DNA of 63,676 nt, filler included, from Octopus bimaculoides (lineage: Eukaryota): assembly GCF_001194135.2 (NCBI RefSeq). It is 7 parts of 6 records of this genome, joined end to end, with 100 filler letters (N's around TTAATTAATTAA, not from the genome) between each part and the next. Parts side by side here need not be neighbours in the genome. Positions count along the whole stretch, not along the records: positions 15,888 to 25,602 come from NC_068999.1; positions 25,703 to 44,183 come from NC_069003.1; 5 more parts are not named here. One strand, written 5' to 3'. The notes beneath the pieces were generated by a model. It was not told where the DNA came from. It was given only the letters and a program-made list of their open reading frames with translations, and ran no database searches. Shown piece after piece: positions 24,915 through 37,310 of the stretch (position 1 is its first letter; every line of letters starts with the position of its first letter). A program made the position numbers and the translations under genes.

Positions 24915-25355
24915 ACGCTGACATGTTGTTGTGGTTAAGAAGCTTGCTTTACAGCCATATTGTTACGGGTTCAGTCCCACTGTGCGTCGCCTTAGGCAAG
25001 TGTCTTCTTCTGGAGTCACGAGTTGGCCCAAACCTTGTAAATGAATTTGAGGGAATCGCGTTGAGCATACACACACATGCGCGCACACACACGCACACAA
25101 ACCTACGTACACGCACACAAACCCACGTACACGCACACAAACCCACATACACGCACACACAGAGGTGAGTTTGTGTGTGTTTTGGGGTTTGTGCTTGTCG
25201 TGTCCCACACCGCATGTCCCGTGGTGACGGTTTGTTAAAGTTCTTGTAACTTAGCTTGTCAGCGAAAAGAACCAATAGGATGGGGTGGATTTGCTGGACT
25301 AAAATATCTTAACTTGTGCTCCAGCATGGCCAACGTTTAATGACTGAAGTAAGTA
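24915..25355 (+). mobile_element. SINE family B, full length with internal (CA)n
   Basis: Head gtggttaagaagcttgct...gggttcagtcccactgtg; tail gtaacttagc...ccagcatggcc...gactgaagtaagtaaac. Confidence 0.75.
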
Positions 25356-25734
25356 AACAGATAATGTAGAAAAGAATGGACAATTAAATCAAAGAGAAAG
25401 ATTTGGTGAATAAAAGATATAAGAAAGACATTTTTTATAAAAAGAACAAAAAAATGGAGCATTGAATTTTAAAAAGAAATCAAAAAATCGTTTCAAAATG
25501 TCGGCATAGATTTTGAAAAAAAAAAAAAAAGAAAAAGATGAAATAAAATGGAGGAAAAGCAAACCGGAAGTGTGTAAGGTTGGTTTGAGATTAAATAATA
25601 AANNNNNNNNNNNNNNNNNNNNNNNNNNNNNNNNNNNNNNNNNNNNTTAATTAATTAANNNNNNNNNNNNNNNNNNNNNNNNNNNNNNNNNNNNNNNNNN
25701 NNTATATATATATATATATATTCACACACATACA

Positions 25735-25915
25735 TATGCATATGTACAGGACGTTACCAACAGTAAACAACATGAAATACGAAACAAAAATGAGTTCAAT
25801 ACGCAAACAACGAGAGAAACAAATGGAAAACAGGACAAATTACATAAACAACGACCCTTCATCGTCGGCTGTCTATCTACTCCACATTTCGAGCATTGAA
25901 ATACACACACACATA
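25735..25915 (-). mobile_element. Penelope-like terminal repeat fragment
   Basis: Reverse complement gctcgaaatgtggagtag...cagccgacgatgaagggtcgttgtttatg matches 29360-29470 (+). The PLE assignment is inferred. Confidence 0.45.
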
Positions 25916-26867
25916 TATGATGGTCTTCTTTCAGTTTCCGTCTACCAAATCCAGTCACAAGGCTTTGGTCGGCCCGACCACATCTGTTATACTTCTTCAT
26001 GCGTCCCCTTGTAACGCTGTTTTGTTCCCTCATATTAAAATGGACACTGAAAAGTCATTGCTATTTTGACAGTTAAGCAATTCAAGTTTACAACCCTACT
26101 GTCTAAATGTAATCGGTAGAATAGAAAAACGAGAACATTACATATACACTGTAGCTTTGAGTTACAATCTCGACACTTGTTTGTCATCCCAAAACTTTAT
26201 CAGTGACACCCAAACAGAAGTAAAACATTCATCTACATGAAACGTATAAAGTAACACATTATTATAATGAATTGATGATATCAGAGATAAATAAATGGTT
26301 AGGATTTTGGTCTTGTTAAAACTTCAAGTAAAAAACAGCTTCAAATGGAACAGTAAATAGTATTAGGGTAGTGTTTCCTTCCCTATGTGAATACTGATAT
26401 CGTCGGCGTTAGCAATAAAAATACGAAACGAGTGCAGAAAGTTAAATAGGGGTAAAAACTAAAGAGAATTCTCTTGTTACATACATCTTATAAATCATCG
26501 TACGAAAGCTGTCAGAAATACTTCGGTTATGTTAAGTGTTAAGTATTAAAAACGAATTTTGTAAAATAAAATGTGCCTCGATACATTGCATAAAATTAGA
26601 TATCTGGGTAGAAATTGCAGATTAATGAGCTAAATGGATGTCGGTGACATGTAAATATTGGATCTTTTTTAAAACGGGGGCCACATTTTTCATTAACGAA
26701 ACACAAATAGATCCGTTTTTTGTTCGGATGTTTTCTTGTTCCGATATTTTTCCTCTGACATTTATGTAAGGGATTGTGTGGCACCCTTCCTGTGCCAACC
26801 AACTAGTTATCGTCTTACACATATATGCACATATAAGATCACGTTAACATATCTGAATGAACACACA

Positions 26868-26961
<94 letters not shown>

Positions 26962-27424
26962 AGATACATATATACACAGATATTTACACAAGTAAGTAAC
27001 TGTATATATAAACCAGATATGGTCATAAATCACTAGTTACTTCCTGATGAAAACTCTTAATTAAATTCATCTTGCAAAACTAACACATGCACCCGCTTAT
27101 TTAACATATTGCGTTGCGTTTGATTTGATTAAATTTACTGTAAGCGATTTGTATAAGTATTGCTTACATGTATATATACACGCATTTATATACATGTAAA
27201 TGTATAAGTACACACACACACATACACGTGTGTGTGTAAACGATTCCTGGTTATTCTGTACAAATGTATCATTCTAATCTCAATGTTTATATTCTAAAAG
27301 TAACAAGGATAAACGGTGGAAGTGTTACTTCTGCCAGAACCTAGACAAATCATTCCCAACAAAGGATTTCAATCATAAATAAAAATCTTAATTCTTTAAT
27401 TTATTTGGAGCATTAACATAAATA

Positions 27425-27600
27425 TTGGTTTTAAATTTTGGCTCAAGACGAGCAGTTACATCGACCCAGTTTTCAACTGGTATTTATTCTATTGACCCCG
27501 AAAGAATGAAAGACAAAAAGTCAACTTCGGTAGAATTTGAATTTAGAACATAAAGTTGGATGAAATGTCGCAAAGCATTTTGTCTGGCGTGCTAACAACA
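27425..27600 (-). mobile_element. SINE family A copy
   Basis: catcgacccagttttcaactggtattt...gaccccgaaagaatgaaag...gaatttgaatttagaac...ggcgtgctaac. Confidence 0.7.
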
Positions 27601-28091
27601 ACAACAATAATAATAACTAGCTGGACCCGTGAAAAATTCCCGGAAAATATAAAAAATGTAAGCATCTGTAAATTGTGTGCTGGTGCCATGAGAAACGTTT
27701 CTATATTGTGACAGTTACAGAACATAAAAAGAAGTGTAAAACCGATAAGTATATAATCCAACCAAAATATCTCAGTTATGCAAATGTAAACAGAATTATT
27801 ATTTACTATTTAGCCTTAAAATATATCGTACATATTCAAAGAACCTTCGGATCGTTGGGGTTTGAAACACTTTCAAACTTGGGACACTGGTAGAATGTGT
27901 CATATAAAAAAAAACTTCTTCTCTTAACTTTCTTAACAAAAAAAAAATGTACATTGCAAGTTATTTCATGTTAAAGTTGTCGTATTTCTGTAATTTCAAC
28001 CAATCACTGATGTCTATTCAGCTGAATACAGTTACTGCTGTTCGGTGTCAAGTGTGTTATTCCCTGTTTAATTATATCATTATTCCCTAGT

Positions 28092-28265
28092 AAGGGTTTA
28101 GGGTTTTAGGGTTAGGGTTCGGGTTTTAGGGTTCGGGTTTTAGGGTTAGGGTTTTAGGGTTAGGGTTGGGGTTAGGGTTGGGGTTAGGGTTAGGGTTATG
28201 GTTATGAGTTATAGGGTTAGAGTTAAGGTTATGGCAAAAATAATCATAACCCTAACCGTAATCCT
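28092..28265 (+). repeat. Degenerate telomeric (TTAGGG)n tract with a short inverted CCCTAA part, ending at a gap
   Basis: Units TTAGGG, TTTTAGGG, TTCGGG, TTGGGG and TTATGG, followed by cataaccctaaccgtaatcct. Confidence 0.85.
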
Positions 28266-29274
28266 NNNNNNNNNNNNNNNNNNNNNNNNNNNNNNNNNNN
28301 NNNNNNNNNNNNNNNNNNNNNNNNNNNNNNNNNNNNNNNNNNNNNNNNNNNNNNNNNNNNNNNNNNNNNNNNNNNNNNNNNNNNNNNNNNNNNNNNNNNN
28401 NNNNNNNNNNNNNNNNNNNNNNNNNNNNNNNNNNNNNNNNNNNNNNNNNNNNNNNNNNNNNNNNNNNNNNNNNNNNNNNNNNNNNNNNNNNNNNNNNNNN
28501 NNNNNNNNNNNNNNNNNNNNNNNNNNNNNNNNNNNNNNNNNNNNNNNNNNNNNNNNNNNNNNNNNNNNNNNNNNNNNNNNNNNNNNNNNNNNNNNNNNNN
28601 NNNNNNNNNNNNNNNNNNNNNNNNNNNNNNNNNNNNNNNNNNNNNNNNNNNNNNNNNNNNNNNNNNNNNNNNNNNNNNNNNNNNNNNNNNNNNNNNNNNN
28701 NNNNNNNNNNNNNNNNNNNNNNNNNNNNNNNNNNNNNNNNNNNNNNNNNNNNNNNNNNNNNNNNNNNNNNNNNNNNNNNNNNNNNNNNNNNNNNNNNNNN
28801 NNNNNNNNNNNNNNNNNNNNNNNNNNNNNNNNNNNNNNNNNNNNNNNNNNNNNNNNNNNNNNNNNNNNNNNNNNNNNNNNNNNNNNNNNNNNNNNNNNNN
28901 NNNNNNNNNNNNNNNNNNNNNNNNNNNNNNNNNNNNNNNNNNNNNNNNNNNNNNNNNNNNNNNNNNNNNNNNNNNNNNNNNNNNNNNNNNNNNNNNNNNN
29001 NNNNNNNNNNNNNNNNNNNNNNNNNNNNNNNNNNNNNNNNNNNNNNNNNNNNNNNNNNNNNNNNNNNNNNNNNNNNNNNNNNNNNNNNNNNNNNNNNNNN
29101 NNNNNNNNNNNNNNNNNNNNNNNNNNNNNNNNNNNNNNNNNNNNNNNNNNNNNNNNNNNNNNNNNNNNNNNNNNNNNNNNNNNNNNNNNNNNNNNNNNNN
29201 NNNNNNNNNNNNNNNNNNNNNNNNNNNNNNNNNNNNNNNNNNNNNNNNNNNNNNNNNGAGTAATTCACAACAAG

Positions 29275-29480
29275 ATACGCTTCCGATAAAACAGTTGCTC
29301 CTGCGAAGCAAATTAAATAAAATTTGGAATTTTTGCGGAGGGCCAAAATTGGTTGTGAATTGCTGGAAATGCGAGAGTAGAAAAAACAGCCAACAGGTGA
29401 TGAAGGGTCGTTCTTTATGTTGTTTGTCTTGTTTTCCATTTGTGTCTTTCGTTGTTCGAAAAAAATAGTTCATATTCCAT
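29275..29480 (+). mobile_element. Penelope-like terminal repeat fragment
   Basis: tgctggaaatgcgagagtag...cagccaacaggtgatgaagggtcgttctttatgttgtttgtc, homologous to the reverse complement of 25735-25915. Confidence 0.45.
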
Positions 29481-30439
29481 GTACTCGTACTTCGTTTTTT
29501 TTTCTCCCCCACCCATTTTGTAGGGGGTATCACCCATTTTTCTGGACTCTTTTCACAGTTATACTCCATTCGAAATTTGCATTAATTTTTGTATGAAAAA
29601 AAAAAGGAAGGGAGACAGGCTTGTTTGTAGTTTGTAGAGAAAGCGTTAAACGTGTCTGACAAAAATACATGGTCTCCCCGCACCCAACTAAAAGACATAA
29701 TGAACTATGAAAGAAGGTGAAGAAGCACCGGGGATGGGGGAAAGAAGAGAGAACTAACATTCGTTCGTTCTAGAACTCCCAGAATAAAAACGTAAACACC
29801 TGAAAGACTTTCCCTCTATTCATTACTAAATGTCTTTACCTCTTCTTCATTGTGAAAAGTAAAGAAGCTAGGAATGAGCGATCGCATTTCAGTCTAATTG
29901 TCATTGTAAATGATTGATGCTTTTCTTTCTCTGTCTCTATCGCTTTACTCCTTTTAGCAACATGGATGTGCTACTACACCGGGCTCTCCATACAAAGACA
30001 AATCTAATAACATCGGTGGAATCGGATAAAGGAACCTGTGGAAGACTTGAAGGAAGCGACCTTTTAACGGAAATACTCAAAAAGCGAAATTTTACTGCTA
30101 TACAACGCAGTTTCTCTCATGCACGATGTCTCAGTGAAACATGTGCGAAAGACACATGTGAAGTCAACATCGGAAAGTTTACAAAATATAAAATATAAGT
30201 GGAACAAAACAGTAAATACTTAAATTCATTAATTACACACATTCTTGAATGTCTATACAATCATATATACATTTTAATACCCATAGGACTACACATATAA
30301 CCCAATGTTTACACAACTACGTGAAATTTACTGGACACACATACAAGCATATGAAAGCACGTGTCACAAACAAAGCAAAAAATAACAAACCAATTTATTT
30401 TCGAAATTCATTAGTTTAAAAACACCACAAAAAAAATTA

Positions 30440-31525
30440 TGCCCGGAGATATATCTGTCGACAAAATGAATACAGATCTGTTAGCCTTAAGAAGCAGCGT
30501 TAAGAGCAATGTTTTCATTCAGAGAACTCGGAGGCGGCGTTGTCTCAAAAAATTAACCCTAAACAGACACATCTGTCCCCTAATGTCAACGTCCAAGCTC
30601 GTCATGCCTCAATAACGAAGCAAAATACACACTGAGTGTGCCATCACCCGGGTCAACAAGGGTCGCACATCCCAGTGAGGAACCAGACTGGGTGCGAAAA
30701 ATCAGCTACTGGTTCAAATATTCCCGAAACACAAGGGCTAGAAGTACCCCACAACCGCAATATTCCAACAGATGGCCATCCACGCTCGTCATCAAATAAC
30801 CAAAAGAAAAAGAATGAAAAATGGTCAAGGGGAGATAATAAAGAAGTTCTTAAGGCCTTCTATCATACCATGTATTTCCCTACAAATAAATATAATACTG
30901 ATCAAACCTACCTAAACTGGAGACAGAAGCACCTTGAAGTAAGATCCTACATAGACAGTAACAAACTTGCCAACGTCAGAAGAAACATTATGAAAAAGAA
31001 ATTACTCACTAAATTAGAGACTGACCAAATTAAACAAACAGTAAGAGATAAAAGGAACGAAGATTCAGCTAAAGAGGATACTACTGAGGAAATAATTATA
31101 GACCAATCCAGGTCTGATGAAAATGCATTAATGATAGAACGAGTGAATGTAACTGATAAGCAATCATTTTCCAGGTGACTGTCTATCATCACTCCTCTTT
31201 TGTCTAGCCTTAATATCTCTCTCGAAATTGCTCGATGATGTACAATATGGCTATAAAATGTTTGATAAATATATATAAATCATCAGTTTTACATGGATGA
31301 TTTAAAGCTCTTTGCAAAAAATGACCAACAACTACAGGGCTTACTAACGATTGTTTAACAATTCAGTGATGACATCAGGATGCAATTTGGCCTCGATAAA
31401 TGTGCAAAAGCTATCTTTATCAATGGAAAAATGATAGAAACATCCAACGTTAATCTTGACCAACAGAATGTCAAAAAGGAGTTAGAAACAACGGAGGGCT
31501 ACAAATACCTAGGGGTATTTGAAGA
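30440..31525 (+). mobile_element. R4/Dong-like retrotransposon, internally deleted (N-terminus joined to RT core)
   Basis: KWSRGDNKEVLKAFY..NWRQKH..IDSNKLANVRRNIMKKKLL; then FQ.DCLSSLLFCLAL, QFYMDDLKLFAKN, MQFGLDKCAK, YKYLGV. Confidence 0.85.
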
Positions 31526-31529
31526 TGAT

Positions 31530-32127
31530 GGAAAGAAAACGACAGAAAATAGAAGACGACAGAAAAAAAGGAAAGGAAAAAAAGAGAAAGACGAATATTC
31601 AATCAAACAGTTTTGTATAAATTTGATGATATTCTCCTGTCATCTTATTCATTCCTTCAGGGCGTGATGTTAATAACCCGCAAACATATTTCTCCTCATA
31701 CATTCTGAGAAGTGAAAGTGAAACAGATTCAGAATACTTTCTGAGAATATTCACTTTCAAGTCTTCTTCAAAATTGCAGCCGCTAGAAACGAAATGTTCA
31801 GCAAGTTCTGTCGAACTACTGTTCATGTGCCTGACGTCGAATCTGTGCCCATTAAACTTTTTGTTGAATTGTTCTGTTGTACAACCAACATAAATCAAGT
31901 TGTGTTTCGTGCATTCTGTAGCGTACACCAAATGGGAATCTTTACATGTTCTAGAGAATTATTGAACTCTATTTCTGACTCCAAGAAAACGAACATTGGA
32001 GTATCTGCACACTGTACCTTAAAGAACAGCCGCAAGAGAGGTAAGCCCTGTTCAATGTGCAACAACATGAGTGAAGTGAATTCCATCAGAAATCATAAAA
32101 GAAATGTTATGATTTATACAGAAGGTG
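31530..32127 (-). mobile_element. Penelope-like GIY-YIG endonuclease with an internal inversion
   Basis: 31599-31951 (-): TCKDSHLVYATECTKHNLIYVGCT..FNGHRFD..EEKYVCGL..PEGMN. 31952-32127 (+): upstream linker CTLKNSRKRGKPCSMC..IYTEG. The two parts rejoin in frame. Confidence 0.85.
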
Positions 32128-32309
32128 ATTTACACATCAAGGAGACGTGTTGCAGAAAAAGCGCGTTCAACAAACAGCGACTATACCTGTTCACCGTTAA
32201 GGTATTTGCCGGAGATGTCGCAGTCTCAACGCATGTCTGCGCATCATCAGCCACGTCATGTCCAGTCCACGCAACGGGCACTGACAGCAAATGAATCGTC
32301 AACAGGCAG

Positions 32310-35120
32310 CAGAAGAGCAAGCGCACCAGCTCGTTCAGCCATGAAGCAGGGCAAGGCACGACAGTCAGGCGGTAGAATATGACAGATGCGATGTACACAT
32401 TCACCACCTCCACCCGACCTTTCAGGGACAGCTTCCCCTCGGCCCATTTCTGGGTGAGACTGGCCACCCTGTTTGTCACTTCACCCCAGTTCTTGTCCAC
32501 TTGGAGGTCCGGACCGAACCAGACGCCGAGCAACTTAATCGGTCCTTCCGTCCAGCCCCCCACAACACTGTCGGTCGCCACTGCCGAAAGCCACGGCAGA
32601 CCATCGGAGATAGGAAGTGAAGTTCACCTTCGCCTCCAGACTACCACGCGCCCCGTGCAAAGTGCCGCTGAAATTCCGCACAAATCTATTTGAATTCGTG
32701 TAGCATGCGCCCGTCCTGGCCCCTCAAAGACCGAATTTTAGTTTTATTACCACGTTGCGCATCGGCCACCTGGGCCCATCGAACGGCTTTCGTTCCTTCC
32801 TGTTTTAGACAATGCAACCTTATGCTTGGTGTTGAAGAATTGGTTCAGAACCAATCTCACTGCCAGCACGTCGGTCGCTATGCCTCTACTGAGTGACTCT
32901 ACTAATTTCATAACTAGGTCTCCCTCTACTCTAGTCTTTTCTATCGTTAGTTCTCTGCTAAATTTTACAGCTTCTAATCTCCAGTTTTAGGGCTACCCAC
33001 CATCGGTTATTGGCAACAGCACCTGTCAACTTTCGATGGACTAACTTGCTAAGTCGGTCTCTGAAAGCTTGACGAGCCGGGAAGCTTCCAGTATCCGGGA
33101 CCGTGCCTATGAAGCCTATCTATGTCAACCGTACAGATCACAAATTTGTGGTCTGTATTGCTGATAAGTTCGAATTGTGAATAATCTTTGCTATCCCTAT
33201 CTGCTAGCCTACAAAATATCCTATCTAGATAAGATCTGGATGACCCGACGCTGTTTGCCCATGTCCATACTAGGGCATTCGAGTAATCCAGTCTGAACCT
33301 GTCAGCCAGTTGGAAACGACTGAGCAGGTTTGCAAGGCTTGCACACCCACCTTTTCTATCCGCTACACGTGCATCCAAGATGGCGTTCCAGTCGCCCACT
33401 AACACTAAAGAGCGAACCGTCCCTAGAAAGACCTCCAAACGTCTGAAGAAATCCGGCGGCTCCGTTCCAGTCGGAGCATACACAGCGACCATCTAAAAGC
33501 ACTGCCTTCATTATCATGTCCACGACCCCCGACTTACCTTCCGGGTCCAGGAAGACCAGCTGTATCCCGAGATCCAGGCTTTTTCTGAACAACACCGCCA
33601 CACCACCTCCATTCCTGGTCGACTAAGAGATGCAAAGTTCTCAAAATCGTCAAAAATGGGTACTAGCGGGTGTCCGCGATCTGGTCTCACTGATGGCTAT
33701 TTCATCCAAATCCAGCCACCTGAGGTCATTGAGCAAGCAACCTTGTTTCCAGCCTGACCCCAGGCCACGTACATTTATGCAACCTACTCTTAGCACCACC
33801 ATATTGGCCAAAAAGAAGGCAAGAAAGATGTGGAATGTTACTTACCCTCCTAGTGCCGTTGGAAATCGGGTGGTCCCACCTCCATTTCTTCGTTGAGCTC
33901 CTTTGGGAACCTTTGTAGAAGCCTTGCACTGACAATTACTTTTGTTTAGAAAATGTCCTAATCTATCCTCACCATCATTAAGTTCTTTGGCACGTTGCAC
34001 GTGCTAGTCCAAGAAGATCCTCCCCCACACCTTTTTCAATGTCTTCCCTTCCTGATAAGAGGGCCATCAGTTTTTTGTTGGCCCTCCTTACAAACACAAA
34101 GTTAGTTGTGTGTGTCGTTGTGTTTTGCTGTTCTTGTTGCGTTTGTGGTGTGAGTTTCCTTTTGGGGATTTTTTCTGTCTGCAGTGGGGTTTTTGATGCT
34201 TATGGTGCTTTAGTTGATGATTGTGGTGCTGCAAGACTTGTCTGAGTGTCTGCGTTTGTTGTGGGTGTGGGTGTAGTTTCTTTGTTATCTTGTTTTGGTG
34301 CAGGACAAGATTTCTCGCTTCTGTGACTCTTCGATTTTTTTGGATTTACTCTGTTTCCCCTCATCATCACTTTTCAGTGTGGTAGAACCAGTGTCTGTTG
34401 CAACCTCCTCCTCTCTGTGTGGAAGTGAATTTGTGTTTGTATGTGAATCTTTTTCTGCGTGTTTGTTTGTGAGAGGTGGGGTTGTTGAGCTTGGTTGCGA
34501 GGTGTTGGTTTTCGTAGTTGACCTCTCCAACGGTTTTCCTGCTAATGCTGTTGTTATGCCTACACCGCCGCCGCCATTGTTGCTATTTTTGCTGCTTTCC
34601 TTGTTGTCGATTGGGATGGGATCTTTCTACAGCTGGTGCTATCTTTTGTTTTCCCAGCATTGGCGCTGGTGTCAACAAAGGTCTACAGATCCCTGTACCT
34701 TTTCACTGAGGGCAACGTGCTTATAGGTGTGTTGCTTCATCACAAACGAAGCAATGAGGCCGTCTGCCCTCGGTGATCAGGGGTAATTTCGTCCCGTCTT
34801 TAAGGCGGACATGGTCTGGGACGTTCTCCAAGTCTTGTAGTCTTATTTGAATTAACATTTCCAAATCCATCTCAACACAGTCTTCTCTTTGCGTCCACTG
34901 GACTTTTAGGAGAGTGTCACTGCCCTCCGCGATCACACATCCCACGAGCCACCATATGCTGATACCGGAGACTCGAACTTTTATTGTTCTTCTGCCCATG
35001 TAGGGCGGGTGTTGTCTCGATTCCCAGACCGAGCGGTAGGGGATGTTCTTGAGCAACGCAATTCATTTCACGTCGCTCCAATCCACCCTGGCGTTCCATT
35101 CAGGGGAAATGTTGGCCTCC
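32310..35120 (-). mobile_element. Tx1-like (L1 clade) LINE, degenerate, RT largely deleted
   Basis: ORF1 knuckle EGRRPHCFVCDEATHL*; APE motifs GGVAVLF, VAVYAP, LVGDWNA, YLDRIF, TDHK, GPGYWK; post-RT KLLGVWFG..NW..LSLKGRVEVVNVYIAS. Confidence 0.9.
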
Positions 35121-35294
35121 ACGACAAGCTAGCTAGCTAACATTATTCAAAATTGACGATACGAAAAATCGCCTTGTGATCAGCGTTGCAAAGCAATATC
35201 CGATAATCTGGTCAATACAGTGATGCAATGTTATATGTGTGTATGAGTGTATTGTATGTATGTATGTATGTATGTATGTATGTATGTATGTATT

Positions 35295-35501
35295 CTTTTA
35301 TTCTTTTACTGGCTTCAATGATTTGACTGCGTCCATGCTGGAGCACCGCCTTTAGTCGAACGAATTGACCCCGTGACTTATTCTTTGTAAGCCTAGTACT
35401 TATTATATCGGTAATTTTTGCCGAACCGCTAAGTTACGGGGACGTAAACACACCAACATCGGTTGTGAAACGATGGTGGGGGGACAAACACAGACACACA
35501 A

Positions 35502-35546
<45 letters not shown>

Positions 35547-35695
35547 GACGGGCTTCTTTCAGTTTCCGTCTACCAAATCCACTCACTCGAGGCTATAGTA
35601 GAAGACACTTGCTTAAGATGCCACATAGTGGGACTGAACCCGGAACCATCTTGTTCGGAAGCAAGCTTCTTACCACACAGCCACTCCTGCACATA
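35295..35695 (-). mobile_element. SINE family B, full length with internal (TA)n
   Basis: Head (rc) ggctgtgtggtaagaagcttgct..gggttcagtcccac; tail (rc) cccgtaacttagcggttcggc..aaaggcggtgctccagcatgg. Confidence 0.85.
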
Positions 35696-35954
35696 TGTAT
35701 GCATGTATATATGTATGTATGTGGGCATGTATGATCAACATAATGGGGAAGAATGTGATTGACATGTAGGAGAAAGGAAAAAAGACAAAGAATTAGGCAT
35801 GGATAGAACTGTTTCATCAGCCGCCTTTTTGTCCAGAATCAATACGATTTCAGCTCAATGGTCATATCCCGGAAAGTGTTAAATATTTTCTGGTGCACTT
35901 CGGAATAAATTTGCCTTTAATTTTCTGTGAATTACGATGTGTTCTTCACTGATA

Positions 35955-36215
35955 CATGTGTATGGTGGTTGCCTGTTCCTTATGTAGAGTCTGACCACCT
36001 CTTGTACTTACACTTCAGATCCATCATGTCTGATGTGGCTTTTTAAACCAGACAATGTTTTGAAAAGACACCCACATAGATTGCATATCTGATTTGAACC
36101 ACCAAGAACTACAGTTAAGTGCTGATCTTTGTGGATCTTAAAATGTCTATTGAGGCGACCGTTAGAACTGCAGACCTTATGGCATACACGGCGTTGACAG
36201 GTGTGCGCAGATATA
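35955..36215 (-). mobile_element. Probable RTE-type LINE 3' end with two C2H2-like fingers
   Basis: CHKVCSSNGRLNRHFKIH and CNLCGCLFKTLSGLKSHIRH, then a stop and a short UTR (gtggtcagactc..caaccaccatac). There is no TGEKP linker. Confidence 0.55.
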
Positions 36216-37149
36216 TAGGCACATAGACATACAACACACACACACACACACACACAAATATATATTATATAATTATATTCATTTCTTTTACTTTTCTTGT
36301 ATATATNNNNNNNNNNNNNNNNNNNNNNNNNNNNNNNNNNNNNNNNNNNNNNNNNNNNNNNNNNNNNNNNNNNNNNNNNNNNNNNNNNNNNNNNNNNNNN
36401 NNNNNNNNNNNNNNNNNNNNNNNNNNNNNNNNNNNNNNNNNNNNNNNNNNNNNNNNNNNNNNNNNNNNNNNNNNNNNNNNNNNNNNNNNNNNNNNNNNNN
36501 NNNNNNNNNNNNNNNNNNNNNNNNNNNNNNNNNNNNNNNNNNNNNNNNNNNNNNNNNNNNNNNNNNNNNNNNNNNNNNNNNNNNNNNNNNNNNNNNNNNN
36601 NNNNNNNNNNNNNNNNNNNNNNNNNNNNNNNNNNNNNNNNNNNNNNNNNNNNNNNNNNNNNNNNNNNNNNNNNNNNNNNNNNNNNNNNNNNNNNNNNNNN
36701 NNNNNNNNNNNNNNNNNNNNNNNNNNNNNNNNNNNNNNNNNNNNNNNNNNNNNNNNNNNNNNNNNNNNNNNNNNNNNNNNNNNNNNNNNNNNNNNNNNNN
36801 NNNNNNNNNNNNNNNNNNNNNNNNNNNNNNNNNNNNNNNNNNNNNNNNNNNNNNNNNNNNNNNNNNNNNNNNNNNNNNNNNNNNNNNNNNNNNNNNNNNN
36901 NNNNNNNNNNNNNNNNNNNNNNNNNNNNNNNNNNNNNNNNNNNNNNNNNNNNNNNNNNNNNNNNNNNNNNNNNNNNNNNNNNNNNNNNNNNNNNNNNNNN
37001 NNNNNNNNNNNNNNNNNNNNNNNNNNNNNNNNNNNNNNNNNNNNNNNNNNNNNNNNNNNNNNNNNNNNNNNNNNNNNNNNNNNNNNNNNTATATATATGC
37101 ATACGTACATACATACATACATACATACATACATACATACATACATACA

Positions 37150-37310
37150 TAAGACGGGCTTCTTTCAGTGTCCGTCAACTAGATCCGCTTACAAGGCTTC
37201 GATCGTCCTGGTGCTATAGTAGAAGACACTTGCCCAAGTTGCCGCGTTGTAGGATTGAACCTGAGATGACAGGGTTGGGAAGCAAATTTCTTAAAAACAC
37301 AGCCACAGAA
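37150..37310 (-). mobile_element. SINE family B, 5' half
   Basis: gacgggcttctttcagtgtccgtc...gctatagtagaagacacttgcccaag...cacagccac. Confidence 0.75.

Noticed and set aside
27035-27085. CTGATGA...gcAAAAC hammerhead candidate
   Set aside because: GAAA is absent and no helices can be built.
36008-36215. C2H2 zinc-finger gene (a family expanded in octopus)
   Set aside because: There is no TGEKP linker and no splice acceptor, and the fingers are followed by an RTE-like short UTR. A LINE C-terminus explains it better.
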